64,000 nt of DNA from Piromyces finnis finn (Eukaryota > Fungi > Neocallimastigomycota): contig MCFH01000027.1 in NCBI GenBank assembly GCA_002104945.1, positions 248,001 to 312,000 of the forward strand, in the 5' to 3' direction. Position 1 is the stretch's first letter. Each line of letters begins with the position of its first letter. The translations under genes were made by a program, and so were the position numbers. The notes under the pieces are model-generated. The model saw only the letters and a list, made by a program, of their open reading frames with translations. It had not been told where the DNA came from and did no database searches. This document shows, piece by piece, positions 11,429 to 24,631 of this stretch.

Positions 11429-14400
11429 ATGTCAGTCCTTTATATTAAAGATAAGAATTATATCAGACGTGGTACCCGGTCTTATGGTATCCCCTTAGAT
11501 GATATTCGCTCCTTCTTTATCCGTGGTATTCGATCATGGTCAGTAAATATGCTATGGGAAAAACTCGAGGTTATTCTAGAAGATAAATTTAATTCAGTTA
11601 TTAGTGTTAAATATTTTCAGACTTTCAATGATCACTTTTTCTTAGTCAAGGTTCATGGTTCATCAAAAGATTGTATTAAAATCTTACACATGTTAAAGAA
11701 GAAACTTTCAGTTACCTCAATTTCCTTTTCAGCTCGTAGTAGAAGGAATCACAAATACACTTTTTCCACTCTCAAACGTAAAATTTTAGTTTCTAATAAA
11801 CATCAACATTCTATTCAACAATTATTTCAACAATCAGTTCAACAATCTCATCAACAATCCGATCTTCAACAAGATCTTCAACAAGATCTTCAACAAGTTT
11901 CCCATCATGAAAATATTCCAGATCTACAGCAAACACAATTTCAATCTCAACATTCAACAATTAATTCTAATAGCTCTATCAACTCTGCTAACAGTTCAAT
12001 AGTTGATAGTTCTTCAGTTTCACAGCCATCTAGTAATAGTTCTACTTATTCCTCTGATGCATCATCCATTAATAATGATGACCTTGATAATAATAATAAC
12101 AGCAACGATTCTTCCTCATCCATCAAGCCTGATAACTTTTCTTTTTGTCTTAGTTGGAACACTAATGGGTGGAATCATGAAAAGAGAGATAGTATTAGCT
12201 ATTTCACAGCTATTTTCAAACCATTATTTTTATGTTTCCAAGAAACTGGTAATGGTTCTGGATCGAATACAGATTATCCTTGTCGTGTTACTTTGCGAAA
12301 CTATAGACACTTTTTCAAGAAAGCTGATGAATCAGTTCCTGGAATGAGAGGTTTATATTTAGGTTTTCACAATTCGTGTCAAGCCTCACTTGAAAACTTC
12401 TCTGGAAAGTATATTATTTCTATTTATACTTTTAGTCTCTGGAATAGATTCAAATGCTCGATTGGAAATGTTTATATGCCTCATAGTCATCACAACATCT
12501 ATGTTGATCATGCAAAGTTAGAAGTTCGCTTGTGGTTACAAACTCATTCATCCCATCCATCGATTCTTGTTGGTGATTTTAATATGTCTAAAGTAAAATT
12601 ATCCAACTGGTTATCAACTAATGGATTAGGAGATTGGGAAATTCTTCCGCTTAGAGGGTCTACTATCTCTTGGACTCGAGGTGATCAATCTTCCGACATT
12701 GACCATGCTCTTATCAATTCGAAGATGAAAGATCTTATTCACTCAGGATCATTTATAAATAATTTTTATCCTGTATCAGACCATAAGCCACTTCTTATTA
12801 ATGGTAAAATTATTCCTATGGAAGATTTTTCTAATGACTTTAATGTTCCTAAGAAAATTCTGAAATGGAATAGATTAAAATGTATTGAGGAAAAGGAATC
12901 TATTCTCAGTCATAATAAATTCCAAATACTTTCAGCAAAATTCAACGATCCTAATGTTTCAACAGATGAACTTTCCAAAGAGTTTACTTCAACTGCTTTT
13001 TCAATTGCAGACGAGCTCAGTATTACTTCAGCAAATAATGTTATAAAGTCTTCATTTCATATTTCACAACAAATTTTTAATCTTCAAAAAATCAAAATGA
13101 AGTTGTATAAGAGATTTAAAAAAGAAAGAATTTATGATATAGATGAATTTATTAAAAGAATTAAAATCTACCGTAAGCTCATTGATTACATCCACAAAAG
13201 ATGTAATGAATTTAGGAAACAAGAATATCTTCATTGGATTAAAACAGGATGTGAGTATATGAAGAGTCATAATCCTAAGAAGGCCTGGAAATGGATCAAG
13301 AAAACTGCAAAAATTGGAAAAGATTCTTTCTTTATTGCTCAACCAATTAAAAATAAAAATGGAGAATTAGTTGTTGCTACGGAAGAACAACTAGAAGTGT
13401 GGCATGATCATTTCGAAAATCTTGCATCAGACCCAAGTGGTGTAAGTCTTGATTTGGAGCATTGGTATGAAGAACCAATGAATAAACGTTTTTCACTTCC
13501 TATGCTTGATGAGTGGGATATCAACCAAGATATTAGTATTGATGAAGTCAAGTCAGCTATCCTCTCTACTCCAAATTATAAAGCATCAGGTCCAGATGGT
13601 ATTCCAATTGAATTTTACAAAGCATTAATTCCATCAAGTAATGATTCTAATAATGCTACAGGTAATAATTCTTCTGGTAATACTACTTCAGATAATGACG
13701 CTCATGGTTTAAATTTTATTCTTAAATTATTTAACCGTATTTGGGATGGAGATTTCCCCAACTCATGGAATGAATCCAGTATTGTTTCTATTCCTAAGAA
13801 GGGAGATTTGACAGATTGTGATAACTATCGAGGTATATCACTTATCAATAATGGTATTAAGTTGATCTCCAAAATTGTCACCACTAGAATCTCAGAATAT
13901 GGTCTAAAGAATAATTTCATTAGACCTGAACAATTTGGTTTTCGAAAAAAGGAAGAAAGTATCAGTCTTTTCATTTCAATCCAAGAAATATGCCGTAGAC
14001 GTCAATTAGATAATAAAGAGACATATTTGGCCTTTTTAGATCTCAGGAAAGCATACGATTCAGTCCCAATCGGTAATATTCTCCATAAATTAGATTGTTT
14101 AGGAATCCGAGGTAAGAGTTTACAATTTATCAAAAATTTATATTTAACATCTAAGGCTAATGTCAAATTAGATGGACAATTCTCGAAATCTTTTGATGTG
14201 AAGAAAGGAGTCCGTCAAGGTTGCCCTCTTTCTCCTATTCTCTTTAATCTCTTTATTAATGATATATTTAAAGAGTGTGAAGATCTCGGAGTTAGTTTAG
14301 GTGACACTCGATGCTGTGGTGGACTTTTTGCAGATGATATAGTTATTTGTGCTCCAACAAGAGGATGCTTAAAAAAGATGCTTAGAAGAGTTAATGAATG

Positions 14401-15967
14401 GGCCTTGTATAATGAAATGGAATTTGGTATCCAGAAATGTTCAACGATGGTGATTCGTCCTGAATCAATAGAAAATCAGAACAAGAGAGATCCAACATTT
14501 TACTTAGCAGGACAACCCATTCCAACTACTGATTGTTATACTTATCTTGGTGTTCCATTTGATAAGAATTTGTCCCTTAAACCAGTAATTAAAGTTCTTA
14601 ATAACAAGGTTTTGAAAGGACTTTTCTCAGTCAGTAAATTCTTAAGAAATCCTAATATTCCTATTCCTTTCAAAAAACTAGTACTTAACTCTCAAGTGAT
14701 TAGCAGAGTTTCATACTTTGCACCATTACTTGGATCCAACAAAGCTAGGTCTAGGATTGCTCTGAAGCATGTTAACAAAGGAATACGATGGGTTGCCGGA
14801 GTTCATAAAGCCGTATCGTTTATATCTTTATACTCTATCTCAAAAGATTTGAATATTCCTCCATTGTCAGCCAAATGTGCGTTAGCTCAGGTTAGATGTT
14901 TTAACAAATGGAAAAACTCAAATTGTATTATCTCACACCTTGTCAATTACATTCCTAAATTTAGAAAATACACGTGGTGCAAATCAAGTAGGACACTTGA
15001 AAAAAAACTAAAGAAGCATGGAGATGTTAAAGCAGTTAAAAACTTTTATTGGAAAGATCTCAAAGGGAATTCAATCAAAGCGCAATATTATGATGATAAT
15101 AAATTTATTGAAACTAAAGATTTTATTAAATTATGTTATGAGTACCCAGAGTTTGCCTATGGCTTCTACTGGCTATTGAAAGCAAGAAGCGGATACAAGT
15201 TGGATGCTAGAGTTGCCAAAGCTGCTAAATTTGTTGATCCAGTTTGTCCTAACTACTGTCCATGTTGCAAGTGTGGAGATCAAAGTATTAAACATTGGTT
15301 ATTAGATTGTCCAACATTTAGAGATATCCGTATTAAACATTATGATTCCATAGTCCAGCTATTAAATTTTTTCAGTCAACGTAATTCCAATAGTCCTATC
15401 AATAATAATGAAATTGATAATATCAGTAGAGATAGCAATAACAGTAATAGTAATAGTAACAATAATAATTATAACAATAGTAATAATAACAATAGTAGTA
15501 ATAGTAATAATAGAAATAGTAATAATAACAATAGTAGTAATAGAAATAATAATATTAATAATGATAGCAATAGTGAAGATAATAATTCTAATTTAGATAG
15601 TAATTTAGTTAATGATAGTAATAGTTCTAATAATCCGGTGAATATTAATGTGTATGATTATTCTAGTGTGTGCAGTAAAATATTTAAATTCCTTCTTGGG
15701 GGAAGAAGTTTTAACAATATTAATTACAATTCAAGGGAATGGAAAGAACTTTGTAAGCGTCAGATTCAATCTGGTACTAATGAAGGAACACCATTCTTGA
15801 CGGTAACCGCGGAACTTCTAACCAAAATCATGCCTTTTGCTATTGGCCAGCAATGGTCAATGTTCAAAAGGTTTGAAGCAACATCCAAGAGCGTCAATGC
15901 TGAAGAAACAGTAAGACAGGCCAGGAGGGCCAGCGCAACCAATGGAGATCATAATTTTGTTCCATGA
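11429..15967 (+). CDS. LINE polyprotein: putative RRM-like N-terminus, Q/S linker, APE endonuclease, reverse transcriptase, C-terminal CCHC zinc knuckle, Asn-rich tail
   Basis: APE motifs SWNTNG, CFQET, GDFN, IDH, SDH; RT motifs KASGPDG, YRGISL, QFGFR, FLDLRKAYDSV, GVRQGCPLSP, LFADD, YTYLG; CPCCKCGDQSIKHWLLDCP. Confidence 0.96.
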   Translation: MSVLYIKDKNYIRRGTRSYGIPLDDIRSFFIRGIRSWSVNMLWEKLEVILEDKFNSVISVKYFQTFNDHFFLVKVHGSSKDCIKILHMLKKKLSVTSISFSARSRRNHKYTFSTLKRKILVSNKHQHSIQQLFQQSVQQSHQQSDLQQDLQQDLQQVSHHENIPDLQQTQFQSQHSTINSNSSINSANSSIVDSSSVSQPSSNSSTYSSDASSINNDDLDNNNNSNDSSSSIKPDNFSFCLSWNTNGWNHEKRDSISYFTAIFKPLFLCFQETGNGSGSNTDYPCRVTLRNYRHFFKKADESVPGMRGLYLGFHNSCQASLENFSGKYIISIYTFSLWNRFKCSIGNVYMPHSHHNIYVDHAKLEVRLWLQTHSSHPSILVGDFNMSKVKLSNWLSTNGLGDWEILPLRGSTISWTRGDQSSDIDHALINSKMKDLIHSGSFINNFYPVSDHKPLLINGKIIPMEDFSNDFNVPKKILKWNRLKCIEEKESILSHNKFQILSAKFNDPNVSTDELSKEFTSTAFSIADELSITSANNVIKSSFHISQQIFNLQKIKMKLYKRFKKERIYDIDEFIKRIKIYRKLIDYIHKRCNEFRKQEYLHWIKTGCEYMKSHNPKKAWKWIKKTAKIGKDSFFIAQPIKNKNGELVVATEEQLEVWHDHFENLASDPSGVSLDLEHWYEEPMNKRFSLPMLDEWDINQDISIDEVKSAILSTPNYKASGPDGIPIEFYKALIPSSNDSNNATGNNSSGNTTSDNDAHGLNFILKLFNRIWDGDFPNSWNESSIVSIPKKGDLTDCDNYRGISLINNGIKLISKIVTTRISEYGLKNNFIRPEQFGFRKKEESISLFISIQEICRRRQLDNKETYLAFLDLRKAYDSVPIGNILHKLDCLGIRGKSLQFIKNLYLTSKANVKLDGQFSKSFDVKKGVRQGCPLSPILFNLFINDIFKECEDLGVSLGDTRCCGGLFADDIVICAPTRGCLKKMLRRVNEWALYNEMEFGIQKCSTMVIRPESIENQNKRDPTFYLAGQPIPTTDCYTYLGVPFDKNLSLKPVIKVLNNKVLKGLFSVSKFLRNPNIPIPFKKLVLNSQVISRVSYFAPLLGSNKARSRIALKHVNKGIRWVAGVHKAVSFISLYSISKDLNIPPLSAKCALAQVRCFNKWKNSNCIISHLVNYIPKFRKYTWCKSSRTLEKKLKKHGDVKAVKNFYWKDLKGNSIKAQYYDDNKFIETKDFIKLCYEYPEFAYGFYWLLKARSGYKLDARVAKAAKFVDPVCPNYCPCCKCGDQSIKHWLLDCPTFRDIRIKHYDSIVQLLNFFSQRNSNSPINNNEIDNISRDSNNSNSNSNNNNYNNSNNNNSSNSNNRNSNNNNSSNRNNNINNDSNSEDNNSNLDSNLVNDSNSSNNPVNINVYDYSSVCSKIFKFLLGGRSFNNINYNSREWKELCKRQIQSGTNEGTPFLTVTAELLTKIMPFAIGQQWSMFKRFEATSKSVNAEETVRQARRASATNGDHNFVP

Positions 15968-16225
15968 CAAAATTTTGATCTTTGGCTCGGTGTCCCATTG
16001 GAAGTCAAATACAATTATTATACTTTAGTATGATAGTGGCTTTCTTACTTTAATTAAAATTACTAGAATACATTATACCCAATTTTTATTCATTTGTGTT
16101 TATTAAACATATTTTTTTTTATTTTTATTTATTTTTAATTTTTTATTACATGTATTATAATTTTAATTAAATTAATAATAAAGTTTAAAATATTTGATGC
16201 CGTTAAAAAAAAAAAAAAAAAAAAA

Positions 16226-16237
16226 TTAATAATTCGT
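16226..16237. repeat. Right target-site duplication of LINE
   Basis: TTAATAATTCGT directly after the A21 tract. Confidence 0.85.
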
Positions 16238-17113
16238 AATTAACAACTATGTATATAAATTTATATATTTCTAAATAATAAAATAAAAAAAAGTAATAAG
16301 TTCAATATATTGAAAACGTTAGAAAAATTGCCATCCGAAGAAAAAACTTATTTTTATCAAAATGTAAAGAATCATTTTAATAAGGAATTACCATTTTTCC
16401 AGCAGGTAAAAGTAAATAACAAAGAAATTAATACTATATAATTCTTCAAATAAATATCATTTATTTATTTTTTTATATTTAATTCTTATTTAGATAATAT
16501 CAAATTATAATTATTTAGAAAATAAAAATATTACTATTCAAAATAAAAAGTAAGAATATAATATATTCATTTTTTATTATATTTTTATTAATGAAAATAT
16601 AAAATATTTTTTTTATTAAAACTTTATGAATTAAAAATTAATTTTAGCCAAGTATTGAAAGAATTTTTGAGATACAGGTTAAAAAATGCCTGTAATTAAT
16701 GTCAATTAAACTATTTTTTTTTTTTTTTTTTTTTAATTTTTACTAGTTTTATTGGTTAAAGTACAATATTTAAATAACATTAATATTATTTTTTATTATG
16801 AAAAAGTAATTTTAATAAATAGTAATATTTAATTGTCATTAATATCATTATCCCTAACAATAATTAATTATTATACTTAAAAGGATATTCATTAAAATTT
16901 AAATATTACTTTTTTTTAACAATAAAAAAAAGTCAATATTTTTCTTTTTAAACAAACCGTTTGTATTTGTATATGAATTATTACTATTGTGATCTTGTGT
17001 AAATTCAAAACAAAAAACAAACTTTTTTTTTATGTAATTGTTGATATAAATAAAATGAAAAATTATTAAAAGAATGAAATATTCTTATTTTAAAATAATT
17101 TTTTATTTAATGT

Positions 17114-17374
17114 GTTCCTATTAGTTTAAAAAATATAGCCATTAATTCCTATATTTTAAGTAAAGTATCTTATTATACTCCATTACTTGGTTCCAACAAA
17201 AATAGAACTCACAGAGTCCAATCTCTTATTAATACTGCTGTTCTTTGGAGTGTCAATAGCTTTCACAATAAAAGTCTGAATAACAATGATTTTGTTTTTT
17301 AACGAAATTCATTTATTAGCCTGTATGCTCTTACAAGAGATTTAATGATTCCAACACTTTCAGATATTAGGTAG
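17114..17374 (+). pseudogene. Decayed fragment of a diverged related LINE (post-RT region)
   Basis: Translates VPISLKNIAINSYILSKVSYYTPLLGSNKNR...*RNSFISLYALTRDLMIPTLS, aligning by eye with IPIPFKKLVLNSQVISRVSYFAPLLGSNKAR...SFISLYSISKDLNIPPLS of the intact LINE; in-frame TAA. Confidence 0.85.
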
Positions 17375-17733
17375 GGACCAATCCTACACAGTACGAATTG
17401 CAGAGTTCATCGAACTTTTATGCAACTTTAATAATTATTTCATTTTATTTTATATTTATTTTTTTATATTGTTTTTATTTATTATTTATTAATTATATCA
17501 ATATGTATTATCACCTAATATAATGTAATATTTCAAATTAAATAATTAAATAAAAAAAGTGTATTCTCTTCCTAGCCTAAAAAAAAAAAAAACAAGAATG
17601 TTTAATTTTGTCATTTATTATATATAAAATTTTAGGTAATATGGCATATGAAAAATCTAAAGGCTATTTAGTAAATGACGGTACATTTTTAAAGATGTAT
17701 ATAAGATATTATTATGAGTATATAAAGAATTTT

Positions 17734-19350
17734 TTAATTATTATTATCCTTATTATTAGAATTTAATGAATTTAATAATGGCTTAAATAATTTACTAATA
17801 CTATCAACTGTATTCATATCAATAAATTCTTTATTACTTTCAATTTTTTTGTAGGAAATGTTTTTTTTATATTTTTGTATATTTGTATTTAATTTTTTCA
17901 TTCCTTCAGTGTTACTTTTATTATTTAAATTTCTTTTTGGCGATTCCATAGTTGATATTCCCAAGCCTTGTTTTCCGGAAGAAGTTATACTATTATTGTC
18001 CTTTTTTTCAGATTCTGAGTATTTTGAAATATTAGAAAGATGATCCTTTGTTTTTTTAGTATATATTGTTATTAAGTTCTTTCTTGGACGTCCTTTCTTT
18101 TTTTTTAATAGAATTCTATTATCTTTTGTATTTGGTTCATTTTCAAATTCTTTTTCACATTCTAAATCTTTATCAGGTATTTCATTTAGATTTTCCTTAT
18201 TGATAGTTAAAGTATGTTCATAATACATATCATTACTATGACTATTATTATCATAATTACTATTGTCAATATTGCTAATATTTATACTATTTTTTTCAAT
18301 ATTTAAGTGATTTGGAGATTTAGAAATAATATTTTTAATTTTTTTATTATATGTTGGTACGTTATATTTTATTGAACGTTCTCTTTTTCTTTTTGGTATT
18401 ATAATATTATCATTACCATTGTTATTAGATATTTCATTAATACTTTCCTTGCCAATTATTGTCTTGATTAAAGCTTTTTCAAAGTTGCCATCATCATCAT
18501 TATTGTCGTTAGTTGCATTACTATCATTAATGCTACAATTATCATTATTTGTATCATTTTTTTCAATATTTAAATGGTCTGGAGATTTAGAAATAATATT
18601 TTTAATTTTTTTATTGTATGTTGGTACGTCATATTTTCTTGGACGTCCTCTTTTTCTTTTTGGTAATATTAAATTAATATTACCATCATCATCATAAGAA
18701 TTTGGTATTTTTTCAATTTTTTTTGCATTTTCTGAAATATTTTTTGATGTTTCAATTTTATTTTCCTTGTCAATTATTGTCTTGGTTAAAGTTTTTTCAA
18801 TGTTGTTATTATTATTATCATTTATATTATCAATTTTAGTTGTATTACTATCATTAATGCTATAATTATCATTATTTGTATCATTTTTTTCAATATTTAA
18901 ATGGTCTGGGGATTTAGAAATAATATTTTTAATTTTTTTATTATATGTTGGTACGTCATATTTTCTTGGACGTCCTCTTTTTCTTTTTGGTAATATTAAA
19001 TTAATAATACCATTATCATAAAAATTTGGTATTTTTTCATTTTTTTTTGCATTTTTTGAAATATTTTTTGATGTTTCATTTTTATTTTCCTTGTCAATTA
19101 TTGTCTTGGTTAAAGTTTGTTCAAAGTTGTCATCATCATTATTACTACTATCATTGTTATTATATTTTGTATTATCAATCTCAGTAAAATTATTATTACT
19201 ACCATCATTGTTATTATATTTTTTATTATTAATCTCAGTAAAATTATTATTACTACCATCATTGTTATTATATTTTGTATTATCAATCTCAGTAAAATTA
19301 TTATTACTACCATCATTGTTATTATATTTTGTATTATCATTTTCAGTAAA

Positions 19351-19397
<47 letters not shown>

Positions 19398-19601
19398 TAT
19401 CACTATTGCCATTATAACCTGTATCACTCATGCTATTATTATTATCATAAGTATTGTTATCTATATTATTGTTATTAATGATTGCTACAGTAAAAATGTG
19501 TTTAGAATTCTCATTATTATTTTCATTCTCATTCTCATTATTACAAATATTACTATTAATATATTTACTATTAATAATATTATTTTTATTATTACTTTCA
19601 A

Positions 19602-19639
<38 letters not shown>

Positions 19640-22600
19640 TTATTATTATTATTATTGATATTATTATTACTGTTATTATTTATTTTTTTTTGTTTTGAGT
19701 AAATAACATCACTATTTTTCATTTCTTCTATTACGTTGTATTTATCCTCATTACAACTAAAATTATTATCAATATTTATATCTTCTTTTTCATAATTTTT
19801 ATTAAATTTAGATACAGGATGATCAAAGTTTTCTTGAGATTTTATTATATTACTGTTCTCAGTCGAACATAAAATCTCTATTTTATTTGTTTTTTGTAAT
19901 ATATTATTTTTTTTATTTTTTGTATCAATGTCAATTTCTTTTAACATGCTTTTATCATTTATATCATCATCGATTTCTGTTAGTGCATTTTTATTTTTTG
20001 TATCAACGTTGATCTCTGTCAATGCATTTTCATTCTTTGTATCAATACCAGTCTCTGTTAACTCATTTTTATTATCATCAGTAAAATTATCCTCTTCATA
20101 TTCATCAACAAATTGTTTATCTTCTTGTGAATCGTTGGATTGCGATATTACTTCATTAGTATCATCATATATATAAGTTGTGGATGAATATTGATAATTA
20201 AAGTTTTCTAAAGTTTCAACATTTTCATTTAGTTTATTATTCTCAAACATTTCATAATTGAGTTTTTGAGGATATATATTAAATACAGGAAATGTTAAAG
20301 TATTTTTTTTACTGGACTCATTATCGTTTTTTTTCTTTTGTAATTTGCTTTTAATATTTTCTACAGTGTTATTATTATTATTACAATAATATATATTGGT
20401 ATTCAAAGTTTTATGATATTTTTGCTTTGAATATATATTATTGTTATTAGAGATATAATGCTGATTATTAAATTCTAATATATAACATATTGTTAGCAAA
20501 AAAAGTAAAGAAAAATGTTAGTCAAATACATTCATACATACATATATATACATAAATATAATATATTAAGTTACCATTTTCTATAGTGTTAGCATCAATA
20601 ATAATATTACTATAATCATTTACTGGAGAACTATCAGAAATAGCTAATTAATAATTATATAATATTAAAATTTATAATATTAAAATCATTAATTTAATTG
20701 GTGTATTTATTATTTAATATGATAAATTATAGATTGTTATATACAATTTTAAAAGTTGAAATATACTACCTTTTGATGAATATTGATATGAATAAGGATT
20801 ATTAAATATTGGATTATAGGAATGCTTATTTATATTGAGTTTTTTATAATTATTATTATCATTGCAATTATAAATTTTTCTTTGTAATAATCTAATGTAA
20901 ACATCATTATTAATATGACTTATTTGATTAATTCGTTCATTATCATAGTTTATATTATTTACATCATTAATAGACAGTTTTTTAGTAGAAATTGTTTCTA
21001 TTGAATATACATCATTAGTAGAGCTATCATCTTCATCGCTATTTTCCCTGTCTTGTTTTTCGTCTTCGATAATTATTATTTCATTAGTTTTGGCGGAATG
21101 GTTTTTGTTTGAATAATTCATACGATTGGTATGTACAATTTTATCTATATTTTCACTTATTCCTTTTATAAAATCATTAATAATTTCATCAATATTTTCC
21201 TTATTCTGAATGTTATATTTATTTGGGTATGAATATATCATATGTTTTATTTCATTATATACATTATTATAATAATCTTGACTGATCATTTTAATTTTAT
21301 CTAAACTTTTTATAAAAGTATCTTCTTTTTTCCCTACCATAAAATAATATCATTGTGATACATAAAATTTATTACCAAAAATTGAATTGTGTAACATTAA
21401 TATATATTAATATTTTATTTATTTAGTTATAATTTACCTTTATTATGTCTACATAAAGAATTTTCTTCTAAATTAATTTCATAATTATTAGGTTTTTTTT
21501 TTTCATCCAGTTTACCATTGCTATTATCATTGATGGGATTTTCAATTAACTTTACATTATTTTCTTTTTTTGAAGATGATTCACTTTCACTTGAGATATC
21601 AATAATTTCTTAATAAAAAAGAAAATAGATTAATTTGTATTTATAAATTGGTCTTTTTTTTTTTTTTTATAATATATATGCATAGTTTGTTTAATACCTA
21701 TTTTTTCTGAATTTAAAAATTCCTTCTATAACAATAATAAAATTATGAATTTATTATTTAATTATTATTACTAATATCAAATTAAATATATAGAGATTAC
21801 AGAGTATATACATACACAAATATTTGATTCAATTTCTTTTTCATTAACCTTACTGTAATCGTCTTTTGTATAATTGATATTGAAATCGTCTTTTTGTGTT
21901 TCTTTCTCCACAATATCATTAGCTTTATTATTAATATTAATATTTCTAGTATTTGATTTAGTTTTTTTTTCATTAACAGTATTATTATCGGAAACCTTTT
22001 ATAAAAAAATGTAAGACAGAAAACAATTTAATAATTTTAATAATAATAAAATTACTTATAGTGAAGTTTATATAGGTATTAATTACATTATTAACTTTTT
22101 CCTCAGTATTTCTTTTTTCGTTATTTCCAGTGATAGCTTTATTAATAATTTTAGAATTATCATCATTACTTTTTTTATCTTTATTTGTACATAATTGGCT
22201 ATTATCATTTAAAAAAGAAAATTTATTTATTGAGTTATTTCTATCCATTATTGAAAAATTATTAATTGAAGTGGATTGTTGAGTTTGAGTAAAAACATAA
22301 TCCTCAAAAAATTGAGATTCACTTTTAAATTGTTCAAAATGATCATTATTTAATGTAAATTTAGATTCACTTTTATTTTTATCATTAATACTTTTTGGTG
22401 TATTTTTTAATATACTACTATTTATGATAATTTCACTCATACTGGATAAATCATCACTCTCTTTTTCAGCTTTTTGTGTATTTTCTTCATTTTGATTTAG
22501 GCTTGGTGATTTGTTAGCCTTTTCAATATAACTATTTATATTATTATTTGTGGACAGAGGTGTGATGTATACAGGATTTTTTTTTGGATGTTTTTCAATT

Positions 22601-22903
22601 GCATCATAAATACCTATTATTATAAAAAAAAAAAATGTAAATTTTTTTTTATTTTATTTTTTTTTTTAAAATTTAATCTAATATCATTCTTAATTTTATA
22701 TTAAAATTAAACACTATTATTATTTTTTTGAAGTTATTACTTAATCGGTTACTATCAGATATATCAAAAAAAGATGACGAGGAACTATCTAAAAAAAAAA
22801 ATATTATTTTTGATTTAATTAGAATTTTTAATTATGCTTAGTGAATAAATTATATTTAAAATAAAAATACTTTTCATATTTTACCATCTAACTTTATCAT
22901 CAT
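17734..22903 (-). CDS. Multi-exon Asn-rich protein with repeated AT-hook motifs (start tentative)
   Basis: Last exon (~17734-20475) contains KRKRGRPRK x2, KKKKGRPRK and a degenerate KRKRERSIK. Upstream ORF pieces (20714-21340, 21985-22440) join via phase-compatible GT-AG introns; ATG at 22903 is the least certain part. Confidence 0.7.
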
Positions 22904-24195
22904 GCAAAAAAAAAAAAAAAAGATTATATTAGTTAAAAGTCAACTTTTAATAGTGAATTGAATTTATATTTATATTATACTAAATAAATGTTAAAACTTT
23001 GTAGTTTTTTTTTAAAAAAAAAAAAAAAGATATGAAAGAGTTTTTCCTTTTTTCTTTTTAAAATAGCTTGAATGACTAACCAATAAGAATAAATTTTATT
23101 ATTATTTAAACTTTTTGATGTTAAAAATTTTTTTATTTATTTATAATTTTGAAATTGATGGTATAATCAAAAAATCAAATTTCTCAATTTTCCATAGTAA
23201 CAAATATAGTCATATAAATAAATGTATTACAATATATTTAGATATATTATTCTATTCATTAGTAAAATTATTATTTTAGAATATTCAATAATTATTATTT
23301 ATTTATTTAATAAATTAATATAAATTATTTATTTTTTTTTTATTTTATATCCCAATAATATATATTATATATATATTACCGAAAATAACTAGTCTATTTC
23401 ACAACAAGTGTCATAACCTAAAAAGTAAAATAATATTAAAAACAATAACCAAAAAAAAAAAGTAATAAATAAAGAGTAATCAAGTAATAATAATAAACAA
23501 ACAATAATAATATCAATAACAATAACAACAATAATAAAAAGAAACAAACAAACAAATAAAAAAAACTAAATAATAATCAATTATTTATTAATTATAATTA
23601 ATATACATTATCATTTACCATATAATCATAAAAAAGTAAGTATTTCTTATAGATTGTAAAATATTTAAAAATTACCGAGAAAATTATTAAAACTTATGAA
23701 TTGATAATAATTTAATAATGATAATAAAAAAAACAAAGTCAAGGAAATATCTTTTTAATTATTATTAATTAAAGCAATAACATTTTTGAAAAACAGAGTT
23801 TTAATTAATATAAACAAACAAATAAATAAATGTACGTTATCATAAAGTTTGATAATTTAAAAAAAAAAAAGTCAAATAATCAAAAATATTTTGAGTATAC
23901 AAAAAAAAAAAAAAAAAAAAAAAGAGTAAAAGTTATGACAAGAGAGTTTTAAAAATCCCTAAATTCTTAAATTTTTAATTTTTTTTAAAAAAAAAAACTA
24001 GAAATATCTAAAAATATATTTCTTTAAATGCAAAAGTTATTCATATATATATTATTAAATTGTTATAATATATTTATTATATAATCACACAGTTAAGAAT
24101 AATTTTAAACGGGAAGTATTATAAAACGATAAAAAAAAATATCGAGGAAGACAGCAATAAAAAAGAATTTACCTCAAATATTTATAAAAAAATAA

Positions 24196-24588
24196 ATGGA
24201 TTTTTTAAAATCACAAGTTACTCGTGCTGTTGCAGCATTTGGAAAAGATGTATCATTACCATTTAGTATAGGAGCTCAAGTTGATAATTTTAATTCTTCT
24301 TCAATATGGACTCTTCATGATGGTAAAAAGAAGGTAAAATTATTAAATATTAAATAGATGCAAATCAATAAATTTAGAAACATGAATAAATAAATTAATA
24401 ATATATATATGTGTTGCTATTTAATATTTGTATTATAATCAAGGATGATGGTTCTTCAGTGTCAGTTTTCGTATTTGATGTTGAAAGAAATTATGATAAA
24501 ATAGAATTAGCAAGAAATGCTTTTAAACGTGCAAGAACTATAAGACATCCAGCTTTATTAACTTTTATTGATGGTGTTGAAGTAAATA

Positions 24589-24631
<43 letters not shown>

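Larger units (their letters stand above)
10538..16225 (+). mobile_element. Full-length non-LTR retrotransposon (LINE, APE-type), single ORF
   Basis: 12-bp TSD, 5' tandem monomers, ~890-nt 5' UTR, intact 1512-aa APE-RT ORF, ~240-nt 3' UTR, A21 tail at 16205-16225. Confidence 0.92.
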
